A stretch of DNA of 61,166 bases from Patescibacteria group bacterium (GTDB lineage: Bacteria; Patescibacteriota; Minisyncoccia; JACQLN01). Shown piece by piece: positions 1 to 7,577 of the stretch. The notes below the pieces were generated by a model. The model was not told the DNA's origin. It was given only the letters and a program-made list of their open reading frames with translations, and did no database searches. Both the position numbers and the translations under genes were made by a program. Numbering within the stretch: the first letter of the stretch is position 1; each line of letters opens with the position of its first letter. The stretch covers positions 179,546-240,711 of the forward strand of contig JBBTRR010000001.1 in NCBI GenBank assembly GCA_038065095.1, read 5' to 3'.

Positions 1-936
1 ATTGACCGAGCTGGTTTTAATACTGATGAGGTAAGAGGTTTTAATGCACGTGTTCTGCGAGATATGGGAGTTGAAATTGTGGTAGGCGACATACGTAATC
101 GCAGCCAGCTTTTAGATTATGCTTCTGGATGTTGTTTTATTGCGCACACTGCTGCTCAACCAGCAATGACCATAAGTTGGGAAGATCCAGATCTTGACTT
201 TACTACTAATGTAGTTGGGACCTACAATGTGTTAACAGTTGCGCGTAAATATAAAATACCAGTTGCTTCGTGTTCCTCGGTTCACGTATACGGACCATGG
301 ATCAATGATTCTTTGAAAGAAGAAGACACCCGATTTACGCGTGATCCAGAGTCTATTAGCGAAGACGATAAGATTATGAATGGTGGGAGAAATGGACTTA
401 TTTCACCATTACATGCCTCTAAGGCCAGTGCTGAACATTATACTAAAGCTTTTGCGGATATGTATGATGTAAAATCGGCCGCCTTTCGGTATACTGGCAT
501 ATATGGTCCACGACAGTTTGGTGGAGAGGATCATGGTTGGGTTGCGAATTTCTCAATCCGGAATATCATGAATAGAACTATAACTATCTTTGGAAATGGT
601 AAGCAGTTGCGGGACATTCTTTACGCGAGTGATGCCGCAGCAGCTTTCCTTGCATATCAGGAAAATCCAGTGCCAGGTATATATAATATTGGGGGAGGGC
701 CAAAAAACATGATTTCTCTCTTGGAATGTATCCGTCTTATAGATAAATTATCGGGGAATAAATCGGATATAAAATTTGATGCCGCGCGTGATGGAGATCT
801 TTCATATTTTGTATGTAATATACAACGCGCCGGCACCAAATTGAATTGGAAACCAGAGATTCTTCCCGAAGATGGGGTTAACAGGTTAATTTCTTGGATA
901 AAAGAAAACCAGCACTTGTTCCGAAGTAAAAACTAA
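1..936 (+). CDS. NAD-dependent sugar epimerase/dehydratase (extended SDR), 5' end upstream of the window
   Basis: Frame 1 is open from nt 1 into ORF 64..936. The sequence looks like nucleotide-sugar epimerases (SPLHASKASAEHY segment, C-terminal LNWKPE). Confidence 0.75.
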   Translation: MDRAGFNTDEVRGFNARVLRDMGVEIVVGDIRNRSQLLDYASGCCFIAHTAAQPAMTISWEDPDLDFTTNVVGTYNVLTVARKYKIPVASCSSVHVYGPWINDSLKEEDTRFTRDPESISEDDKIMNGGRNGLISPLHASKASAEHYTKAFADMYDVKSAAFRYTGIYGPRQFGGEDHGWVANFSIRNIMNRTITIFGNGKQLRDILYASDAAAAFLAYQENPVPGIYNIGGGPKNMISLLECIRLIDKLSGNKSDIKFDAARDGDLSYFVCNIQRAGTKLNWKPEILPEDGVNRLISWIKENQHLFRSKN

Positions 937-950
937 TAAAAAACTCAACA

Positions 951-1685
951 ATGAAAGCATTAATTTTAGCCGGTGGACGCGGTAAGAGGGTTAATAATCA
1001 GGAAGGAAGTAGTAATAAGTGTTTGCTTCCTTGTATGGGTAAACCACTTATCCAGTACAGTTTGGAAAATGCTGTGGATGCTGGAGTGGAATCTATTGTA
1101 ATCGTTGTGGGATATCGGGCTGAGGATATTATTAATAAATTCGGGACTACATTTCTTGGATTAAAAATACTTTATGTTATTCAGAATGAACGCAAAGGGT
1201 TGGTTCATGCAATGGTATGTGCACGGGAGATTATTAATAATTCTGATTTCATGCTTTTTCTCGGGGATGAGGTGATTGTATCTCCCCGTCATGATAAAAT
1301 GCTCCAGTTTTTTCGTGACGAAAAACTGTTTGTTGCTTGTGGCACAGTACGTGTTAAAGACCTATCCCAGATTACCAAGACTTATGCTTTGATAGAGGAT
1401 GAAAAAACAAAAAATATTTTTAGGCTAATAGAAAAACCACGAATACCTATTAATAACATTATGGGTACGGGAAATTGCGTGATGCGCTCGGATATTTTTA
1501 ATTACATAGAGAGAACGCCTATAAATAACGAGCGGAATGAAAAAGAACTGCCGGATCTTATACAATGCGCCATTGATGAAGGTCGGATAATCAAGCATTT
1601 TAACATTGGTGATGGCTATTTTAATATCAACACGCCTGAGGATATTGTTCTTGCGGAAAAATATATTAAACAAATTAAAAAATAG
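951..1685 (+). CDS. sugar-phosphate nucleotidyltransferase
   Basis: N-terminal MKALILAGGRGKR is the NTP-transferase signature. The 244-aa length fits that family. Confidence 0.8.
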   Translation: MKALILAGGRGKRVNNQEGSSNKCLLPCMGKPLIQYSLENAVDAGVESIVIVVGYRAEDIINKFGTTFLGLKILYVIQNERKGLVHAMVCAREIINNSDFMLFLGDEVIVSPRHDKMLQFFRDEKLFVACGTVRVKDLSQITKTYALIEDEKTKNIFRLIEKPRIPINNIMGTGNCVMRSDIFNYIERTPINNERNEKELPDLIQCAIDEGRIIKHFNIGDGYFNINTPEDIVLAEKYIKQIKK

Positions 1686-1715
1686 ACCGTTGGAGTTCTA
1701 AAAAAGATTTTTATC

Positions 1716-2525
1716 ATGAGGAGGGGAAAATATTATTTTAAAAATAGTGACTGGCAAGTTCCTGAATCAGAGTACATAGAATTTACCGATAAGCGGTCGG
1801 ATATATGTGTCTGTATACCGGTGATAAATGAGGGAAAGCGAATACGGGACATTCTTGAGAGAATGAAGCGTATCAATATCATGGATAAGTACGATGTCAT
1901 TATCGCCGACGGCGGTAGTGTGGATGGATCTTTAAATGAAGATTATTTACGTCGTATGGGTATACGTACTTTGCTTATAAAAACTGGGCCGGGAAAACTT
2001 GGGGCTCAGATGAGGATGGCTATGGCCTATGGTATTGATGAGAAATATAAAGGATTTGTCTTTATTGATGGAAATAACAAGGATGACCCAGAAGCGATAC
2101 CAAGATTTGTAGCTAGGCTAGAAGAAGGATATGATTTTGTGCAAGGCTCAAGATATATGCTTGGTGGGCGTGGTATTAATACACCACTACTAAGGCATTA
2201 CGGCATCAAATACCTGCATGCACCCCTTATATCTATGGCTGCTGGTAGGCGTTTTACTGATACTACGAGTGGTTTCCGTGCGTATAGCGCCCGTTTATTA
2301 CTTGACACTAGAGTGCAACCATTTCGAGATATTTTCTGGTCTTATGAGCTTCTTTTTTATCTTGCTATACGTGCATCGCGTTTAGGTATGCTGATAACAG
2401 AGATTCCGACGGTTCGGGCTTATCCTGCAGGAGAAAAAGTTCCCACCAAGATAAGCCCCTTTTGGGGTAGCTTAGCTCTTCTAAAAATACTCTTAAAGTC
2501 AGTATTTATTGGATATAACCCATAA
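1716..2525 (+). CDS. family 2 glycosyltransferase (polyprenyl-phosphate sugar synthase-like)
   Basis: GT2-like CIPVINEG...ADGGSVDGS and FIDGNNKDDP (DxD-type) motifs. Confidence 0.7.
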   Translation: MRRGKYYFKNSDWQVPESEYIEFTDKRSDICVCIPVINEGKRIRDILERMKRINIMDKYDVIIADGGSVDGSLNEDYLRRMGIRTLLIKTGPGKLGAQMRMAMAYGIDEKYKGFVFIDGNNKDDPEAIPRFVARLEEGYDFVQGSRYMLGGRGINTPLLRHYGIKYLHAPLISMAAGRRFTDTTSGFRAYSARLLLDTRVQPFRDIFWSYELLFYLAIRASRLGMLITEIPTVRAYPAGEKVPTKISPFWGSLALLKILLKSVFIGYNP

Positions 2526-2574
2526 CCTGTCTCCCATTTTCTGAGAAAATGGTTTAGATTCTAGGGTAAGGTAA

Positions 2575-2856
2575 ATGATAAGGATATTTCACGTTGGCGA
2601 GGATAGTTTTTTAAAACCAGTTTTAACACTAGAGGGTGAAAAAGAAACCTTTAACTGGCCACGCCAAAAATTACCAGTAGCCCATAATCATTATGGCCAA
2701 GTTGATATAACTCGTTACAGCACCGTGATGGTTAAAAAATCAATGTGCGGAGAAAATATATTACCAATTATGTTAGAGGGAGAAATTATTGATACTGATT
2801 CACCACTAGATTGGGAATTTGCAGAGTTTATGATTAAAAAAGGTTTGTTATCTTAA
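2575..2856 (+). pseudogene. C-terminal fragment of an acylneuraminate cytidylyltransferase-like gene
   Basis: The 93 aa align only with the C-terminal part of the neuA paralog at 6826..7542 (PRQKLP vs RRQNLP; DTDSPLDWEFAE vs NIDSPDDWDKAE). The N-terminal nucleotide-binding half is absent. Confidence 0.5.
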
Positions 2857-2861
2857 TTAAT

Positions 2862-3845
2862 ATGAATATACTTATTACCGAACCTAAAGATTATTCAAAA
2901 AAAGCTCTAGATATTTATAAAAAACTAGGGCGAGTTTGTTTTTGCTTGCCCCGCGGAGCTTCGGCGAAGTGGGGGGTTAAGTTATCGGGTCAGGAAAAAC
3001 TAGCCGATATTCTAGTTATTGGTCTAAAGTATCAAATAGATAAAAAGTTTTTAGATCAAACTCCAAATTTAAAAATCATTGCTTCGCCGGTTACAGGCAT
3101 GAACCATATTGATTTAAATTATTTAAAATCTAAAGGAATAAAATTGATTTCTTTAAGAGGTAAAAAGAGTTTTTTGAGAAACGTGCCGTCTACTGCCGAA
3201 GAAACATTTGCTTTGATTTTAGCTTTATTTAGAAAGTTGCCTTGGGCTTTTGATAGCGTTAAAAATTCTTCTTGGGATAGAATTGAATGGCGCGGAAATC
3301 AGTTAATGAATAAAACGATCGGTCTTTTAGGTTTTGGAAGGTTGGGTAAAATAGTAGCTCGTTATGCTAAAGCTTTTAATATGAAAGTAATTTCCTGTGA
3401 TCCTAATGTCTCGGAAAAATTTATGAAATCGCGCGGAGTAGAAAAAGTTAGCATGGAAGATCTATTCAAAAAATCGGACATTGTTTCTTTGCATGTCTTA
3501 TTAACAGATGACACGCAAAACTTGATAAGAGAAAAACATTTAAAATCTATGAAGCCGTCTGCTTATCTTATAAACACTGCCCGGGCTGAACTTATAGAAA
3601 AAGATGCTTTATATAATGCTTTAAAAAATAAATGGATTGCTGGTGCGGCGGTGGATGTAATGTGGGACGAGTATAGTGATGGTAGTCATTTAAAAAAAGA
3701 CCCGTTATGGAATTATGCCAAAAAAAATAATAATTTAATCATTTTGCCTCACATTGGTGGCGCCACTTTTGAGGCTATGGAAGTTACTCAAGATTTTATA
3801 GCTGAATTGGTTTTTAAGGATTTTAAAAATAAAAAAATTGCATAA
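2862..3845 (+). CDS. D-isomer-specific 2-hydroxyacid dehydrogenase family protein
   Basis: GLLGFGRLGKIVA Rossmann motif and the distal HIGGAT motif are typical of the family. It carries the in-frame GC-rich insert at 2945-2976. Confidence 0.8.
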   Translation: MNILITEPKDYSKKALDIYKKLGRVCFCLPRGASAKWGVKLSGQEKLADILVIGLKYQIDKKFLDQTPNLKIIASPVTGMNHIDLNYLKSKGIKLISLRGKKSFLRNVPSTAEETFALILALFRKLPWAFDSVKNSSWDRIEWRGNQLMNKTIGLLGFGRLGKIVARYAKAFNMKVISCDPNVSEKFMKSRGVEKVSMEDLFKKSDIVSLHVLLTDDTQNLIREKHLKSMKPSAYLINTARAELIEKDALYNALKNKWIAGAAVDVMWDEYSDGSHLKKDPLWNYAKKNNNLIILPHIGGATFEAMEVTQDFIAELVFKDFKNKKIA

Positions 3846-3898
3846 AAAATTTAAAATTACAGTTCGCTCGTTCTGGTTGGGGCTCAGTCTGGCTCTCC

Positions 3899-4159
3899 GT
3901 GCTTTCGGGTACATATTTTGTTTGCCCTGAATTTGACCCGAAGGATGATCCAGAGATTTATTTTAACAATCGCTGTGTTGAAAAACTGGGCTTGGGCGCT
4001 GTCTATCGTGGTCAAAGTTTAAGTGATTTGATAAACGAGGCTGAAAGTCTCAAACCTAGAATTAAAACTTTTAATCAAAAACTGTTGAGTCAATTCGGCA
4101 CTTTAGACGGCAATCGCTATGCCGCCAAGTTGATTGTAGAAAAGCTACTAAGTGGATAA
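3899..4159 (+). CDS. hypothetical protein, possibly a C-terminal remnant of a glycosyltransferase
   Basis: Short GTG-initiated ORF with no recognisable N-terminal domain, followed directly by a palindrome/terminator. Confidence 0.3.
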   Translation: MLSGTYFVCPEFDPKDDPEIYFNNRCVEKLGLGAVYRGQSLSDLINEAESLKPRIKTFNQKLLSQFGTLDGNRYAAKLIVEKLLSG

Positions 4160-4178
4160 TTTTCCCCGTCAATTTTTT

Positions 4179-4210
4179 TAGCACGAGCATACGATCGTAT
4201 GCTCGTGCTA
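4179..4210. repeat. CGATCG-centred perfect palindrome P1 (terminator-like)
   Basis: TAGCACGAGCATACGATCGTATGCTCGTGCTA is its own reverse complement and is followed by TTTTG. Confidence 0.9.
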
Positions 4211-4475
4211 TTTTGCTATAGGGAGACAAATCTGTTAATTTTAGGGTTATATTATTATTCTCCTTCGCCGAATACCGTGGGCGTTTTAGATCATAAGAGG
4301 AGCAAAAAAATAGAGTTGAAAAAGAAATTCCAGAGTGGAAAACGATGGCAGGCTTTCCGGAAAGAGATATGACGCATACCGAAATGTTAAATCGCGATTA
4401 TTATCGTGGCCGCTTTGCCAGTTTTGTAAATAACGAATGGGTTTATAATTGGGAAGATAAAAAAGTTTTTGAATC

Positions 4476-5573
4476 ATGAATTTTATAAAAGATAAAACTT
4501 TTGTAGTAGCCGAGATTGGCAAGGGTTTTATACAAACCGAAGAGGATCAAACTCCAGAGGTTTATTTGGCCAATGCTAAAGAACTAGTTTTGTTAGCTAA
4601 AGAAGCTGGAGCTGATGCTGTTAAGTTTCAAACCCATACCGTAGAAGACGAGCAGGCTAATATAAATGTTGTAGCACCTCATTTTAATGGTGCGGATAGA
4701 TATAGTTGGGTAAAAAGAAATACTGCTGCTACGCCGGTTTGGTTTTGGCAGGAACTAAAAAAATATTGTGCCGAACTTGGCATAGTTTTTTTCTCAACCC
4801 CAATGAGTCGTGGCGCAGCTAAGCTTTTAAACGAAGAGGTAGGAGTAGATTTGTGGAAGGTAGGCTCGGGTGATATTTTGGATTTTGTAATGTTAGATTA
4901 TTTAGTTTCAACCAAAAAACCAATAATAATTTCGGGTGGAATGAGTACCTTGGAAGAAGTTGATCTGGTTGTTAACTTTCTTAAAAAGCGCAATGCCGAA
5001 TTTGCCCTATTGCATTGTGTTTCTAAATATCCTTGTCCGCCCGAAGAACTTCAGCTTCAAACAATTAATTTTTTTAAAGAAAGATATAATATTCCAATAG
5101 GTTTTTCAGATCACTCAATTGGTACGGACTCTGCTTTGGCGGCTGTGGCTATGGGTGCCAAAATAATAGAAAAACATTTTTCTTTAAGCCGCGATTTATG
5201 GGGTTCCGACCATAAAGTTGCTATGACACCAGAAGAATTAAAGCTTATGGTTTCGGAAATTAGAAATATGGAATCTAATGAAAATAAAAAAGAGGAATAT
5301 TTAAATAAGGATATTGTAAAAGAAGGGATGGGTAAAACCATAAAAGTTTTACAAGAAGGCGAGGCAAAATTTAGGCCATTTTTTAGAAAAACATTAGTGG
5401 CTCTAACCGATATACCGGCGGGTTCGGAAATAAATGCCGAAATGCTTGGAGCTATGCGTCCGCAACTGCATCTAGCCGGCTTACCTTCCGAAAAATATGA
5501 GAATATTCTTGGTAAGAAAACCAATCAGGCTATAGCCAAGCACCAACCGATTTCTCTAGATATGATAGTTTGA
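4476..5573 (+). CDS. neuB: N-acylneuraminate (nonulosonic acid) synthase, NeuB family with C-terminal SAF domain
   Basis: NeuB-type motifs (KFQT, WKVGSGD, GFSDHSIG, IIEKHF). The SAF-like C-terminus has IPAGSEI. Confidence 0.9.
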   Translation: MNFIKDKTFVVAEIGKGFIQTEEDQTPEVYLANAKELVLLAKEAGADAVKFQTHTVEDEQANINVVAPHFNGADRYSWVKRNTAATPVWFWQELKKYCAELGIVFFSTPMSRGAAKLLNEEVGVDLWKVGSGDILDFVMLDYLVSTKKPIIISGGMSTLEEVDLVVNFLKKRNAEFALLHCVSKYPCPPEELQLQTINFFKERYNIPIGFSDHSIGTDSALAAVAMGAKIIEKHFSLSRDLWGSDHKVAMTPEELKLMVSEIRNMESNENKKEEYLNKDIVKEGMGKTIKVLQEGEAKFRPFFRKTLVALTDIPAGSEINAEMLGAMRPQLHLAGLPSEKYENILGKKTNQAIAKHQPISLDMIV

Positions 5574-6829
5574 TTGTTATGAATTATAAAAGAAAAATTT
5601 TAGTGCCAATATTTAACCGAGCCCATTATGGTCGGTTGCGTTCTGTTTTAAGCGCTATAAAAAATCACCAGGCTTTAGATTTAAAAATAATTGTGGGGGT
5701 GCCGGCAGCTTATGGTTATTTTTTTAAAAACATATTAAACAGTCGCCCGCAGTCTTGGAGAAAAGCATTGCCTTGGTATTTTATAGCTCGAGCAAGATCT
5801 TTGTTGGGTAAAAATTTTGTTTTTAAAAATGATTTTTTAGCTCGGAATTTAATCAACGATGGTTTCGAATTGGAATCATATGCGCCCATTTTTTTTGATG
5901 GAGGTAAATCCGAAACGATGGCCAAATCTGTTGGATTGGGCATAGAAAGATTAACCGACGAAATTAAAAAAATAAAACCAGATATTGTTTTTGTTAATGC
6001 CGATAGATTCGAAATGATGGCGGTGGCTATAGCCGCTTCTTATTTAAATATTCCCATAGCTCATAACGAGGGTGGGGATGTAAGTGGTACTATAGATGAA
6101 AGTATAAGACATTCCATAACCAAGTTAGCTCATATTCACTTTACTTCCACAGAATCTAGTAGGAAAAGAGTAATACAAATGGGAGAGAATCCTGATAAAG
6201 TTTTTAATGTTGGTTCACCCGCCATAGATGCTGTATGCAATGTTGATTTTAAAATAAAGCCAAATGTTTTTAATTCATTAGACATATCCAAACCGTATAT
6301 TTTAGTATTGGCTCATCCAGTAGCTACAGCTTCTAAAGAAGAAAATTTTAATATGGCCCAAAACTTAATTTCGGCAATAAAAGAAATACCAATACCCAAA
6401 ATAATTTTGGGTTCAAACATAGATGCAGGTTCAGATGCTTTGGGTGGTGCAATAAAGGATTGGCTAGAAACAGAAAAACCAAAAGATGTTTTTTTTACAA
6501 AGAATTTACATCCCGATGATTTTTATAAATATTTAAATTATGCAGTTTGTGCAGTTGGAAATTCGTCTAGTTTTATCCGCGAAGGCGCATTTTTAGGCAT
6601 CCCAGTTGTTTTGTTTGGATCTAGACAAAATAATAGAGAAAGGGGAGAAAATATTTTAGAAATAGTTGATGATAAAAAGGATTCTTTAAAGAATGCAATT
6701 TTGAAACAAATAAATAACGGTAAATTTGCCAAGTGCATTATTTTTGGTGAAGGTGATTCTGCCTTTAAGATAGCCGATATACTTAGTAAAATAGATTTAG
6801 GAGTACAAAAATCATTTAAAGACTTATGA
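5570..6829 (+). CDS. neuC: UDP-N-acetylglucosamine 2-epimerase (hydrolysing), NeuC family
   Basis: HNEGGDVSGTIDESIRHSITKLAHIHF motif. It overlaps the neuB stop; an alternative ATG start lies at 5579. Confidence 0.85.
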   Translation: MIVMNYKRKILVPIFNRAHYGRLRSVLSAIKNHQALDLKIIVGVPAAYGYFFKNILNSRPQSWRKALPWYFIARARSLLGKNFVFKNDFLARNLINDGFELESYAPIFFDGGKSETMAKSVGLGIERLTDEIKKIKPDIVFVNADRFEMMAVAIAASYLNIPIAHNEGGDVSGTIDESIRHSITKLAHIHFTSTESSRKRVIQMGENPDKVFNVGSPAIDAVCNVDFKIKPNVFNSLDISKPYILVLAHPVATASKEENFNMAQNLISAIKEIPIPKIILGSNIDAGSDALGGAIKDWLETEKPKDVFFTKNLHPDDFYKYLNYAVCAVGNSSSFIREGAFLGIPVVLFGSRQNNRERGENILEIVDDKKDSLKNAILKQINNGKFAKCIIFGEGDSAFKIADILSKIDLGVQKSFKDL

Positions 6830-7542
6830 AAAAAGTATTGGGCGTAATTACAGCTCGGGGTGGCTCAAAAGGTATACCTCGAAAAAATATAAAAGAATTG
6901 AACGGTAAACCTTTGATTGCCTATACTATTGAAGCCGCCCAAAAATCTGGTATTTTTGATCGTATAATTTTGAGTACAGACGATTTAGAAATAGCCGAAG
7001 TGGCAAAAAAATATGGTTGTGAGGTTCCGTTTATGCGTCCAGTTGAATTAGCACAAGATAATACGCCTCACTTGCCGGTAATGCAACACGCAGTATCTTG
7101 GCTTAAAGAAAATGAAAATTATAATCCAAATCTAGTGGCTATACTTCAACCCACGGCGCCATTGCGCCAAGCTTGGCATATTAAAGAAGCTTTTGAGTTG
7201 TTGCTTAAAAAAGAAGCAGATTCAGTTGTGGCTGTAACAGAAATTCCTGGGCATCACAGTCCATATTGGGCGGTAGTTGTAGATGAAAATAGCTTGGGGA
7301 AGCTTTTTATTGGAGATCATATTCGTAATCGTATTCCCAGAAGACAAAATTTACCTCAAAAAACTTATTCTCACTGCGGTGCCCTGTACTTGTTTAAGAC
7401 AGAGCTTCTCTTTAAAAAAAATGAGGCTAATTTTTATGGTGATAAAGTAGTTATTTATCCTATGGAAGAAAAATATAGTATAAATATAGATTCTCCAGAT
7501 GATTGGGATAAAGCTGAGCGTGCTATCAATATGTTAGATTAG
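6826..7542 (+). CDS. neuA: N-acylneuraminate cytidylyltransferase (CMP-nonulosonic acid synthetase)
   Basis: GVITARGGSKGIPRKNI N-terminal motif. It overlaps the neuC stop by 4 nt. Confidence 0.9.
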   Translation: MKKVLGVITARGGSKGIPRKNIKELNGKPLIAYTIEAAQKSGIFDRIILSTDDLEIAEVAKKYGCEVPFMRPVELAQDNTPHLPVMQHAVSWLKENENYNPNLVAILQPTAPLRQAWHIKEAFELLLKKEADSVVAVTEIPGHHSPYWAVVVDENSLGKLFIGDHIRNRIPRRQNLPQKTYSHCGALYLFKTELLFKKNEANFYGDKVVIYPMEEKYSINIDSPDDWDKAERAINMLD

Positions 7543-7577
7543 GTGTGTTAATTTAAATTTCTTTGTGCTATATATAG

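Noticed and set aside
4345-4479. 44-codon ORF (MAGFPERDMTHTEMLNRDYYRGRFASFVNNEWVYNWEDKKVFES) overlapping the neuB start by ATGA
   Set aside because: It could be a coupled small gene or the C-terminal remnant of a lost upstream gene. It has no RBS or recognisable homology that I can verify, so it is not reported as a feature.
4286-4522. Minus-strand ORF 4286..4522, and similar antisense ORFs inside neuB, neuC, secD, the Cys-repeat gene and others (5111..5524, 5716..5943, 32123..32716, 44818..45294)
   Set aside because: They lie antisense to well-supported genes and have low-complexity or hydrophobic translations typical of AT-rich shadow frames.
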